Below, one piece after another: positions 35,379-44,540 of a stretch of DNA of 64,000 nucleotides (its first letter is position 1; each line of letters begins with the position of its first letter). This DNA comes from Candidatus Nealsonbacteria bacterium. Lineage in GTDB: Bacteria; Patescibacteriota; Minisyncoccia; Minisyncoccales; MHMH01. Both the position numbers and the translations under genes were made by a program. The notes under the pieces are model-generated. The model did no database searches. It was not told where the DNA came from and saw only the letters and a program-made list of their open reading frames with translations. Where the stretch lies: positions 16,696 to 80,695 of the forward strand of contig JBDRKR010000010.1 of assembly GCA_043813805.1 (NCBI GenBank), in the 5' to 3' direction.

Positions 35379-37205
35379 ATGAGCGGGATTAATATCAGGA
35401 ACATCGCCATTATTGCTCACGTCAACGATGGCAAAACCACTTTGGTTGACGCTTTATTGCGCCAGTCCAAAAGCGACTTGGGGAAAGACATGGTTGATCA
35501 AACCTGCATTATGGACACGAATGACTTGGAGAAAGAAAGAAGCATGACCATCTTTTCCAAGAACGCGGCGGTTTATTATAAGGATACCAAAATCAATATC
35601 ATCGACACTCCGGGCCACGCTGATTTCGGCGGAGAGGTGGAAAGGGTTTTAAATATGGCTGACGGATGCCTGCTTTTGGTTGATGCGAAAACCGGTCCTA
35701 TGCCTCAAACGAGATTCGTTTTAAAAAAAGCGCTGGAAACCAATCATAAAATCATCGTGGTTATCAATAAAATAGACCGAGACGCCGTCCGGCCCGAGTT
35801 TGCTTTAAATGCGACCATTGATCTGTTTTTAGAATTAGGGGCGGGCGAGCGAGCTTTGGATTTCCCGATTGTTTATGCCGTGGGCCGAGACGGCAAGGCG
35901 GGATTAGAGCCCGACTTGAGTAAAATGACCGACATCTCTCCGCTTTTTGACGCGATTATTAAGCATATTCCGGCTCCGACGGGCGATTCCAAAAAACCGT
36001 TGCAGATGCTTGTCACTTCGATTACCGGGGATGATTTTAAGGGAAGAATCTGCATCGGCCGGGTCTATAACGGCGTTATCAAAGCCGGTCAAGAAATAGT
36101 CCATATTAATCGCCAAGGCGAAGCAAAAAAATATCGTCTGACTTCTTTGATGACTTTTTCGGGTTTGGGTAAAATTGAGACCGCCGAGGTTTCGGCAGGA
36201 GACATCATGGCTTTATCCGGAGTGCCCGATGCCACTGTCGGAGAAACCATTGCCGATCCGATAAATCCCGAAGCCCTGCCCTTGATTCATATCGAAGAAC
36301 CGACGGTGAAAATGACGTTCCTTGTTAACGATTCGCCTTTTGCCGGCGAAGACGGTCAATTTTCCACTTCGAGACAAATCAAAGAAAGATTATTAAAGGA
36401 ATTGGAAACCGATGTGGCTCTCAAAATTGAAGAAATAAACAGCGTGAGCTGGACGGTCTCAGGCAGGGGCGAGCTTCATCTGGCTATTTTAATAGAAATA
36501 ATGCGGAGAGAAGGCTACGAATTTCAGGTTTCGCGGCCTCAAGTTATTGTTAAAGAAATTAACGGCCAAAAATTAGTGCCGTTTGAAAAGGTTTATATTG
36601 AAACGCCGGAGCAGTTTCAAGGTACGGTTATTCAAGAATTAAGCAGCAGAAAGGGGGAGATGACAGATATGAAAAAAATAGGCGACACGGCGTTGCTTGA
36701 ATTTATAGTACCCACGCGAGGACTTTTCGGATACAGGAACGAATTTTTGACGAGTACTAAGGGTTTGGGGATAATGAATACGATTTTTCACAAGTACGAT
36801 AAAGATCCGGGCAACTGGAAAGAGGGAACTCAGGGCTCTTTGGTTGCCTGCGAAACCGGTACGACTAATTTATACGGATTAAGAAATGTTCAGGGCAGGG
36901 GAGATTTGTTTTTCGGAGCGGGAATTATGGTTTATGAAGGCCAGGTGGTGGGGCAAAATTCAAGAATCGAAGATATCAGGGTGAATGTTTGTAAAACAAA
37001 GGTTCTTTCTAATAATCGCACCAAAGGCGACACTCACGACGAACTTCTCAAGGAGCCCAAAATTATGGGATTGGAACAGGCCCTCGAATATATTAAAGAT
37101 GATGAATTGGTGGAAGTGACTCCTAAGAATGTCCGCATCAGAAAAATATTTTTAGATGAAATATCAGCCAAGCGAGCCGCCCGTAAAGAAAAACAGGATC
37201 AATAA
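35379..37205 (+). CDS. typA: Translational GTPase TypA/BipA
   Basis: [27 protein letters not shown] and NKIDR motifs. The 608 aa length matches BipA. Confidence 0.9.
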   Translation: MSGINIRNIAIIAHVNDGKTTLVDALLRQSKSDLGKDMVDQTCIMDTNDLEKERSMTIFSKNAAVYYKDTKINIIDTPGHADFGGEVERVLNMADGCLLLVDAKTGPMPQTRFVLKKALETNHKIIVVINKIDRDAVRPEFALNATIDLFLELGAGERALDFPIVYAVGRDGKAGLEPDLSKMTDISPLFDAIIKHIPAPTGDSKKPLQMLVTSITGDDFKGRICIGRVYNGVIKAGQEIVHINRQGEAKKYRLTSLMTFSGLGKIETAEVSAGDIMALSGVPDATVGETIADPINPEALPLIHIEEPTVKMTFLVNDSPFAGEDGQFSTSRQIKERLLKELETDVALKIEEINSVSWTVSGRGELHLAILIEIMRREGYEFQVSRPQVIVKEINGQKLVPFEKVYIETPEQFQGTVIQELSSRKGEMTDMKKIGDTALLEFIVPTRGLFGYRNEFLTSTKGLGIMNTIFHKYDKDPGNWKEGTQGSLVACETGTTNLYGLRNVQGRGDLFFGAGIMVYEGQVVGQNSRIEDIRVNVCKTKVLSNNRTKGDTHDELLKEPKIMGLEQALEYIKDDELVEVTPKNVRIRKIFLDEISAKRAARKEKQDQ

Positions 37206-37276
37206 AAAATCGCCAAAGAGGCGGTTTTTTGGTAGGATAAAGGAATAATAAAAGTTCTGTTTTTCGACCAAAAATT

Positions 37277-38278
37277 ATGAAATTAAAAGATTTGTCAAAA
37301 GGTAAAATAGTGATTTACAAAACCCCAAAGGGGCCGGAGCTTGAAGTGCGACTTAAAGAGGAAACAGTTTGGCTTACGCAAAAAGAGATTGCCAAGCTTT
37401 TTAGAAAGGGTGTGCCCGCTATAAATGAGCACGTCAAGAATATTTATAAAGAAGGTGAGTTAGATCAAAAATCAACTATTCGGAAATTCCGAATAGTTCA
37501 AACTGAGGGGAAGCGTCAGATTGAGCGTGAAATAGATTTATATAATCTTGATATGATTCTTTCCGTTGGCTATAGAGTTAGTTCCAAGCGTGCCACTCAG
37601 TTTCGTATTTGGGCGACAAAAACACTAAAAAATTATTTGCTCAATGGTTACGCCATTAATCAGAAAATGTTATTAGACGCAAGAGAGAAATTCGCCGGCT
37701 TACAAAGAACCATTTCTTTTTTACAACAGAAGTCAAAAAATGATTTATTGACCGGTAAAGAGCAAGAAATTATCGATCTTCTTTCCGGTTATTCAAAAAC
37801 CCTCACACTTCTCGAGCAATACGATACCAATACTTTAAAAATTGTAACCGGCAGAAAAGCGGTATTCGCACTGGAGTACAACGATGTCCAAAAAATCATA
37901 GAAGGGATTAAAAGAGGGCTTCTGGCCGCCAAGGAGGCCGGTGATTTGTTTGGTCAAGAATATCAGGGCAAGCTGGAAAGTATCGTAAAAAATCTCTATC
38001 AAACATTCGACAAAAAAGAACTTTATGGCAGTATTGAGGATAAGGCCGCTCATCTTTTGTACTTGATTATAAAGGATCATCCATTTGCCGATGGCAATAA
38101 ACGGATAGCTTCTGTTTTGTTTATTCATTTCTTAAAAAAGAATGATTACCTTTATCGAGAAGGCGGAGAAAGGAAAATTAACGACAATGCGTTGGTTGCT
38201 TTGGCGCTTCTCATTGCTGTAAGCAATCCCACAGAGAAAGAAACAATGATTAAGATAATTACTAATCTCTTAAAATAA
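37277..38278 (+). CDS. RhuM-family N-terminal domain fused to a Fic/Doc domain (HPFADGNKR)
   Basis: The N-terminus matches the RhuM virulence-protein family consensus (GYRVSSKRATQFRIWATKTLKNYLLNGYAIN). The C-terminus has the Fic/Doc active-site motif HPFADGNKRIA. Confidence 0.7.
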   Translation: MKLKDLSKGKIVIYKTPKGPELEVRLKEETVWLTQKEIAKLFRKGVPAINEHVKNIYKEGELDQKSTIRKFRIVQTEGKRQIEREIDLYNLDMILSVGYRVSSKRATQFRIWATKTLKNYLLNGYAINQKMLLDAREKFAGLQRTISFLQQKSKNDLLTGKEQEIIDLLSGYSKTLTLLEQYDTNTLKIVTGRKAVFALEYNDVQKIIEGIKRGLLAAKEAGDLFGQEYQGKLESIVKNLYQTFDKKELYGSIEDKAAHLLYLIIKDHPFADGNKRIASVLFIHFLKKNDYLYREGGERKINDNALVALALLIAVSNPTEKETMIKIITNLLK

Positions 38279-39345
38279 TGCCGTTATCAATCGGAATCGT
38301 GGGGTTGCCTAATGTGGGGAAGTCCACGCTGTTTCAAACCATCACCAAAATCCAGGTAAATATCGCCAATTACCCCTTTTGCACCATTGACCCCAACGTG
38401 GGCGTGGTTGCCGTACCCGATGAAAGGGTGGATAAGCTGGCGGAATTAACTAAGTCCATAAAAAAGATTTATACCACGATTGAGTTTTACGATATCGCGG
38501 GCTTGGTCAAAGGCGCCAATAAAGGCGAAGGATTGGGCAACAAGTTTTTGGCCAACATCAGGGAAACCGATGCGATTGTTTACGTTTTGCGCGCTTTTTT
38601 GGATAAAGAAACCATTAATACGCGCCAAGAAGTTGATCCCATCGCCGAAAAAGAGATTCTGGATACGGAACTGATTTTAAAAGATTCAGAAACCGTGGAA
38701 AAAAGAATGCACGGATTAGCCAGCGATGTCAGGGCGGGGAAAAAGGAATGTGTTAAAGAATACGGAGTGTTGGAAAAGATTAAAGGATTTCTGGACCAGG
38801 GCAAGATTCTGACTGAACAGAGTTTCAGTACGGAAGATCAGAAAATTATTGATCAGTATCAGCTGTTAACGGCCAAGCCCAGATTTTATTTACTCAACGG
38901 CCGCGATGAAGAGGTGCCCAAAAATATCATTGAAACATTTCAAAAAAATAATTGGCAGTTTTTAATCGTTGACGTTTTAACCGAGTTCGGGGCCACCGAT
39001 CTGAACCGCGAAGAAAGAATTGCTTTGGGACTGCCCGAAAACACGGAAATGGGCCTTTTGATTAAGAAAGCCTACGAAATTTTAGGGCTGATCACTTTTT
39101 TGACAACAGGGCCCGATGAAACGCGGGCTTGGACGTTGAAACGCGGCAATACGGCTCCGCAAGCCGGAGGAGCTATTCATACTGATTTTGAATCTCATTT
39201 TATTAAGGCCGACGTCATCAGCTGGCAGACACTTTTGGATGTCGGCGGTTTCGTTAAAGCGAGAGAAAAAGGCCTTATCCGCACCGAAGGCAAAGAGTAC
39301 CTCGTACAGGACGGCGACGTCATCGAAATCAAACATAATGCCTAA
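38278..39345 (+). CDS. ychF: Ribosome-binding ATPase YchF (Obg family) with TGS domain
   Basis: GIVGLPNVGKSTLF and NYPFCTIDPNVG motifs. C-terminal TGS domain. Confidence 0.9.
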   Translation: MPLSIGIVGLPNVGKSTLFQTITKIQVNIANYPFCTIDPNVGVVAVPDERVDKLAELTKSIKKIYTTIEFYDIAGLVKGANKGEGLGNKFLANIRETDAIVYVLRAFLDKETINTRQEVDPIAEKEILDTELILKDSETVEKRMHGLASDVRAGKKECVKEYGVLEKIKGFLDQGKILTEQSFSTEDQKIIDQYQLLTAKPRFYLLNGRDEEVPKNIIETFQKNNWQFLIVDVLTEFGATDLNREERIALGLPENTEMGLLIKKAYEILGLITFLTTGPDETRAWTLKRGNTAPQAGGAIHTDFESHFIKADVISWQTLLDVGGFVKAREKGLIRTEGKEYLVQDGDVIEIKHNA

Positions 39346-39484
39346 AAAACTCGCTCCCAAAGGGCGATTTTTTGCGACTTGACAATTTTAATATTAGATG
39401 ATAGTATATTTGAGGTAAAACGCTCATTGAAAATTAGAGCGGAAAGGAAGGAGAAAAAGTGAAAAGGAAAAAGGAGGAACACAA

Positions 39485-39928
39485 ATGAATGGTGGCAAGG
39501 TGGCTAAGTGGTTTCTACTTGGAGTGGCGGCAATTATCGTTCTCGGGGTGGTGGGTTTCGGGATCACCATGATTTTCCGTCCATTTCAGGTGGCGGAGAA
39601 GGTTACAGATCCGGACCGGGCGCTCTACACCTATGAGTGGTTTTTCAACACGAAGGCATCGGTGGATAGCTACGCCGCCCAGGTGAAAGTGGCTTCGGCG
39701 GCGGTTGAAACCTTCAAGCAAGACCATGTCAGTAACCTGGAGAGCTATCAGAACAGTACGGAGTTGTCGAGATTGCGGGCAGTGGAACAAGGGTTGAGGA
39801 ACCAATTAATTACCACGATAAACCAGTACAACGCCAATGCCCAAAATAAGAGTCGAAGCATCTTCAAAGACTGGAATCTGCCGGCTTCGCTCTCGGTAAC
39901 CCAGGACGGCAGAGTGGTAGCTAATTAG
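39485..39928 (+). CDS. Membrane-anchored hypothetical protein
   Basis: AAAAGGAGG RBS and an N-terminal TM helix. Codon usage is visibly more GC-rich than that of its neighbours. Confidence 0.5.
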   Translation: MNGGKVAKWFLLGVAAIIVLGVVGFGITMIFRPFQVAEKVTDPDRALYTYEWFFNTKASVDSYAAQVKVASAAVETFKQDHVSNLESYQNSTELSRLRAVEQGLRNQLITTINQYNANAQNKSRSIFKDWNLPASLSVTQDGRVVAN

Positions 39929-39946
39929 TAAAGGGAGGAAAGAAAG

Positions 39947-40429
39947 ATGAAAAAGGTTATTGCGGTTTTAGTGGTCATCCTGCTGGCGGTAGCGGTTCTG
40001 ACGGGTTGTAGTACGATGCAAGAGGAGTGGGCTAATAGTTCTCGGCAAATGAGTAAATATCAAAAAACGCAACCCATACCGGTGTTAGACTTTTCCAATA
40101 CTCGGCAAGCGGTTATCGATCGGATTAATCGGTGGAGCGACCCTAATAAGATCAGTTATGTTTATCTTCTTGGCGACACCGGGGTGGTTATAGCTTTTTA
40201 TACCGCAAAAGGCAGTATAGAGAGTAAAAGAAGCTACCTGTCTCCCGTACAGGGGCAGTATGGCGACTTACCTGATGTCGACGGAACGTACGGAGACAAC
40301 AAGGATGCCATTTTCTTTTTTACTACGGAAGGAGCTTACGTGGAATGGCCCGGATTATATCTGTGGTCGGATCAGCCTCTGAAACTTACCACGCAACCAG
40401 TTTTGGTCTATACTGCACCTTTGAAATGA
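39947..40429 (+). CDS. Lipoprotein (lipobox LTGC)
   Basis: Signal peptide with VLTGCS and an AAGGGAGG RBS. Tandem terminators follow at 40441-40475 and 40501-40540. Confidence 0.55.
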   Translation: MKKVIAVLVVILLAVAVLTGCSTMQEEWANSSRQMSKYQKTQPIPVLDFSNTRQAVIDRINRWSDPNKISYVYLLGDTGVVIAFYTAKGSIESKRSYLSPVQGQYGDLPDVDGTYGDNKDAIFFFTTEGAYVEWPGLYLWSDQPLKLTTQPVLVYTAPLK

Positions 40430-40540
40430 AGTAAAAAAAAGCGGCATTGACTTTGAGTCTTTGCCGCTTTTTGTTTGATGATAATATTATTTAAAAAAAC
40501 AACCCCGCCCTCACGTGAGGGCGGGGTTTCATTCTAAAGA

Positions 40541-40729
40541 TTAGCGTCCAAATCTTTGGGTGCGTCTCTTGGAATGACAATCGCGGCAATAGATCGGTCT
40601 GTCTCCAGAAGGCTGAAAGGGAAGCTCGGTGATCTCTGTTCCGCAATCGGAACATTTCCAGCTTCCTTTTACCATTTCTCTGGGAGCAAAATCTCTAGCC
40701 GGTCGGTCGTCAAATTTCTTGAATTCCAT
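40541..40729 (-). CDS. Zinc-ribbon protein (CxxC...CxxC)
   Basis: CSDCGTEITELPFQPSGDRPIYCRDCH motif. It uses the bidirectional hairpin at 40501-40540 as its terminator. Confidence 0.45.
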   Translation of the reverse strand: MEFKKFDDRPARDFAPREMVKGSWKCSDCGTEITELPFQPSGDRPIYCRDCHSKRRTQRFGR

Positions 40730-40897
40730 TGTTTTGCTTAAATTAAATAGCGACCTTTTTATGAATCCTAAGTCGCTATACTTAATCTAAGATACTTCGA
40801 CTTATTCATCTACGTGCATTATACTCCCTTTGTACAACATGTCAAGGGGTGTGGTATGATATAATCAGTCGAAGTTGTTAATATTAATTTTAAACTT

Positions 40898-41296
40898 ATG
40901 AAAGGATTTATTAATAATATCGAAAAATTAACACTGGCAAATAATAATTTTCGCAAGGTGTTGTATACCGCGAAGCACAGTCAGCTTGTTTTAATGAGCT
41001 TGGAGCCCGGCGAAGAAATCGGGGAGGAAATTCATGATACTCTGGATCAGTTTTTCCGATTTGAAAAGGGCAAAGGTAAAGTGGTAATCGAAGGGAAAGA
41101 ATCTGAAATAACCGACGGATCGGCTGTTGTGATTCCGGCGGGGACTAACCACAACATTATTAATACTTCTCAACAGGAAGCGTTGAAACTTTATACGATT
41201 TATTCTCCGCCCAACCACACTGATGGCGTCGAATTTAAAACAAAAGAAGAAGCCGAGGCATCCGACGAACACTTTGACGGAAAGCTCAGCGAATAA
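40898..41296 (+). CDS. Cupin domain protein
   Basis: Cupin_2 pattern G.E...H......F....G.G...........G..V.IPAGT.HN. Confidence 0.7.
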   Translation: MKGFINNIEKLTLANNNFRKVLYTAKHSQLVLMSLEPGEEIGEEIHDTLDQFFRFEKGKGKVVIEGKESEITDGSAVVIPAGTNHNIINTSQQEALKLYTIYSPPNHTDGVEFKTKEEAEASDEHFDGKLSE

Positions 41297-41361
41297 ATTA
41301 AGAAAAGAGGGAGTCGATGACTCCCTTTTTTCTTGGGCGATTTGTGATAAGATGATGAAAT

Positions 41362-42198
41362 ATGAATAAGAAAATCATTCTAGCCATATTGGTTATTTTA
41401 ATTTTAGGAGGAGCTGCCGCTTATTTTAAGTTTTATTCCAATTCGGTGGCTGACGAGATATCGCCTTCGGGCTTGGTTATAGTTACGAGTCCTCGGGCCA
41501 ATCAAACCGTCCAAAGTCCGCTGATTGTTAAGGGAGAGGCTAAGGGTTTTTGGTTTTTTGAAGCAAGCTTCCCGATTAAGATTTTAGATGAAAACGGCAA
41601 TGTTTTGGGCCAGGGGATCGCCCAGGCCAAATCCGATTGGATGACCGAAGAATTCGTGCCCTTTGAAGCTACGCTTGATTTTGAAGCTCCGGTCACCGAA
41701 AAAGGATTTTTGGTTTTAAAAAAAGATAATCCTTCGGGGCTTCCCGAAAACGATGCAGAGTTTCGGATTCCGGTCGTTTTAGAAAAAACTCAAGCTAAAC
41801 AAACAATTGATCTTTATTATTACAATCCCGAGTTGGATAAAGATGAATCGGGTAATATTATGTGCAGCAAGCAGGGGCTTGTTCAAATCCAAAGAAAAAT
41901 TCCCGTTACCCAAACGCCGATTCAGGATACGATAAAACTTTTAATAAAAGGCGAATTAATCGGCGAAGAAAGGGAGCGGGGCATCAGTACTGAATATCCT
42001 TTGCCGGGATTTTCTTTAGAAAGCGTTCCCTCATTTAAAGACGGTGTTTTAACGCTTCAATTTAATGACCCCGACAATAAAACAGGTGGAGGAGCCTGCA
42101 GAGTAGGCATCTTATGGTTTCAGATTGAAGACACGGCCAAGCAGTTCGCCGGGGTCACTCAAGTACGTTTCTTACCCGAGGATCTTTTCCAGCCTTAA
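41362..42198 (+). CDS. Secreted/anchored protein with Ig-like (Gmad2) and GerMN-like domains
   Basis: N-terminal TM helix. Composition resembles the GerMN family, which is often annotated in these lineages. Confidence 0.45.
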   Translation: MNKKIILAILVILILGGAAAYFKFYSNSVADEISPSGLVIVTSPRANQTVQSPLIVKGEAKGFWFFEASFPIKILDENGNVLGQGIAQAKSDWMTEEFVPFEATLDFEAPVTEKGFLVLKKDNPSGLPENDAEFRIPVVLEKTQAKQTIDLYYYNPELDKDESGNIMCSKQGLVQIQRKIPVTQTPIQDTIKLLIKGELIGEERERGISTEYPLPGFSLESVPSFKDGVLTLQFNDPDNKTGGGACRVGILWFQIEDTAKQFAGVTQVRFLPEDLFQP

Positions 42199-42206
42199 GT
42201 ATTACA

Positions 42207-43463
42207 ATGTTTAAAAATAACCAAACAATTTTTGATGTGGCGGTAATCGGCGCGGGCCCGGCGGGCCTGATGACTGCAGGCAGGGCGGCGGAACTTGGGA
42301 AGAAAGTGGTGCTTTTGGAAAAGAATAAAAAGCCGGGAAGGAAACTCGTGCTCACGGGTAAAGGCCGGTGCAACATCACCAATGCCGAATTCGATTTAAA
42401 AAAATTGGTGGAAAACTACGGCAAAAAGGGCCAATTTCTTTTCCACGCTTTTCATGTTTTCGGCCCCCAAAAAGCCATTGAGTTTTTCGAGAAGTGGGGC
42501 TTAAAAACAAAAATAGAAAGAGGCAAGCGGGTTTTTCCGGTAAGCGATGATGCCCAAGATGTTCTGAATGTTTTTATCAAGTATTTGCTGAAGGGCAAGG
42601 TAAGCTTCGTTTACGGCACTCCTGTCATCGATATCGAAAGAAAAAAACATCACATCAATAAACTGATTTTAAAGGAGGGCGAAATTATCGCCAGGAACTA
42701 TATTATCTGCACCGGCGGCAAGTCTTATCCGGCCACTGGGTCTACCGGCGACGGCTATGAATGGGTAAAAAAGGTGGGCCATAGCATCGAAGGCTTGATG
42801 CCGGCTTTGGCGCCTCTAAAAATAAGAGAGAAATGGGTCGGGGGTCTTCAGGGTTTGAGTTTAAAAAACGTGGAAGTGACGATTCTCCAAGAAAATAAGA
42901 AAGAATTCAGCGTTTTCGGCGAGTGTTTGTTCACGCATTTTGGGTTGTCCGGGCCGATTATTTTAGACGCAAGCCTGAAAGTCGGAGAACTTTTGCACGC
43001 CAAGGGCGGTGGAGCCGTCGAAATATCGCTTGATCTGAAGCCGGCTTTGGATTTTGAAACGCTGGACGCCCGGCTTCAGCGAGATTTACAAAAATACCAC
43101 AATAAACTTTTTCAGAATTGTTTGGACGATCTTCTGCCTCAAAAGATGATTCCGGTCATTATTAAGTTTTCCGGCATCGATCCCTTAAAAAAAGCGACTT
43201 ATGTCACCAGGGAAGAAAGGCATATTCTTGTCCGGCTTTTGAAGAATCTTAAAATGACGGTAGCCGGGCTTTCGGATTTTGAGTCGGCGATCGTAACGGC
43301 CGGCGGAGTTTCTTTGAAAGAAATCGACGACAAGACGATGAAATCACGGATTGTCGATAATTTATTCTTTGCCGGAGAAATTATTGACGTAACCGGGCCA
43401 AGCGGCGGGTTTAATCTGCAGATATGCTGGAGTACCGGGTATCTAGCTGGGGAAAACGCCTAA
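42207..43463 (+). CDS. HI0933/BaiN-like NAD(FAD)-utilising flavoprotein
   Basis: FDVAVIGAGPAGLMTA dinucleotide-binding motif, TGKGRCNITN and a C-terminal GG..L motif. Confidence 0.8.
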   Translation: MFKNNQTIFDVAVIGAGPAGLMTAGRAAELGKKVVLLEKNKKPGRKLVLTGKGRCNITNAEFDLKKLVENYGKKGQFLFHAFHVFGPQKAIEFFEKWGLKTKIERGKRVFPVSDDAQDVLNVFIKYLLKGKVSFVYGTPVIDIERKKHHINKLILKEGEIIARNYIICTGGKSYPATGSTGDGYEWVKKVGHSIEGLMPALAPLKIREKWVGGLQGLSLKNVEVTILQENKKEFSVFGECLFTHFGLSGPIILDASLKVGELLHAKGGGAVEISLDLKPALDFETLDARLQRDLQKYHNKLFQNCLDDLLPQKMIPVIIKFSGIDPLKKATYVTREERHILVRLLKNLKMTVAGLSDFESAIVTAGGVSLKEIDDKTMKSRIVDNLFFAGEIIDVTGPSGGFNLQICWSTGYLAGENA

Positions 43464-43473
43464 TCTAATTGTT

Positions 43474-43516
43474 GGATTTACGAAATCCAACATATATGAT
43501 GGGATTTCGTAAATCC
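43474..43516. repeat. GGATTTACGAAATCC double-hairpin element (copy B)
   Basis: ggatttacgaaatcc-aacatatatgatg-ggatttcgtaaatcc. Confidence 0.7.
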
Positions 43517-43528
43517 CCAAAAAATGGC

Positions 43529-43650
43529 TTGACAGGGGTGCTTGGTGCGGTAAAATATAAGTGTCATCGATGTCTTCGGATGTCTTTGACAAGAAGGGGA
43601 TCCTTTTGCTTCGGCAATTGTGGTCCTCCTTTCTTTTTTATCTGAACTAT
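43529..43650 (+). ncRNA. Candidate small RNA: an orphan TTGACA-N17-TAAAAT promoter with a transcript of roughly 80 nt ending at a T-run, in a 313-nt intergenic region
   Basis: cttgacaggggtgcttggtgcggtaaaat, then about 80 nt with partial self-complementarity (aaggggatcc/ggtcctcctt) and ctttctttttta. No SD-led ORF is present. Confidence 0.25.
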
Positions 43651-43654
43651 ATAA

Positions 43655-43680
43655 GTGAAAGAGGTTTAGCCTCTTTCATC
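43655..43680. repeat. Copy 6 of the palindromic repeat
   Basis: gtgaaagaggtttagcctctttcatc. Confidence 0.75.
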
Positions 43681-43776
43681 TTTTGAGCAATTCAGGATCG
43701 GACAATTTTATTTTAGGAGTAATTAGAGTATAATAAAATCAATCGGAATTAAAACGATTTTAATAAGATAAAATAT

Positions 43777-44538
43777 ATGGCTAATTTAAAAAACAAAGTA
43801 GCGGTTGTTACCGGGGCAAGAAGAGGAATGGGTCGGGCTCATGCTTTGGCATTGGCGAAAGCCGGAGCTAAAGTCGTGGTAGCCGATATTGCCTTAGAAG
43901 AATGCGAAAAAGTCGTTCAAGAAATTAAAAAAATCAAGGGCGAGGCGATTGCTATAAAATGCAACGTTACTAAAAAAGCAGAAGTGGATGCGATGATTCA
44001 AGCGGCCGTAAAAACATGGGGTAAGTTAGATATTTTGGTTAATAACGCCGGTATCGCCGAGTTTGCACCCTTCTTGCAAATGACCGAAGCGGAGTGGGAT
44101 AAAACCATTAATATTAACTTGAAAGGATATTTTCTTTGCGCTCAAACAGCGGCCAAAGAAATGGTAAAACAAAAGTCGGGAGCAATCGTTAACATCGCTT
44201 CGGTCGCAATGGGACAAATCGGAGTCGGATTTCCCAATCTTGCCCATTATTGCGCCTCCAAGGGCGGCATCGTGGGCATGAGTGAAGCGATGGCTATTGA
44301 ACTCGCTCCTTATAATATCCGAGTTAATGTCGTTTCTCCGGGAGCTATTGATACTCCTATGATTGATCCGATTAAGCAAGATAAAGCCTCGATGGAAGGT
44401 ATTTTGGGCCGAGTGCCTCTTCGTCGCGTAGGTAAACCCGAAGAGGTGGCGAATGCCGTTTTATTTTTAGCTTCAGATGACTCTTCGTATATAACAGGTT
44501 CTGTTGTGGTGGTTGACGGCGGTTGGTTAGCCGCTTAA
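43777..44538 (+). CDS. Short-chain dehydrogenase/reductase (FabG-like)
   Basis: TGARRGMG, NNAG and YCASKGG catalytic tetrad region. Confidence 0.85.
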   Translation: MANLKNKVAVVTGARRGMGRAHALALAKAGAKVVVADIALEECEKVVQEIKKIKGEAIAIKCNVTKKAEVDAMIQAAVKTWGKLDILVNNAGIAEFAPFLQMTEAEWDKTININLKGYFLCAQTAAKEMVKQKSGAIVNIASVAMGQIGVGFPNLAHYCASKGGIVGMSEAMAIELAPYNIRVNVVSPGAIDTPMIDPIKQDKASMEGILGRVPLRRVGKPEEVANAVLFLASDDSSYITGSVVVVDGGWLAA

Positions 44539-44540
44539 AT

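Noticed and set aside
40556-40741. + strand 61-aa ORF opposite the zinc-ribbon gene
   Set aside because: The antisense frame has no start signals. The minus-strand product has a clean CxxC...CxxC zinc-ribbon pattern and a terminator.
32121-43516. Idea that the two inverted GGATTTACGAAATCC elements bound an 11-kb mobile island
   Set aside because: The interior is dominated by conserved housekeeping genes (DEAD helicase, typA, ychF, flavoprotein). It has no integrase, transposase or direct-repeat target duplication. A dispersed repeat or regulatory structure is more parsimonious.
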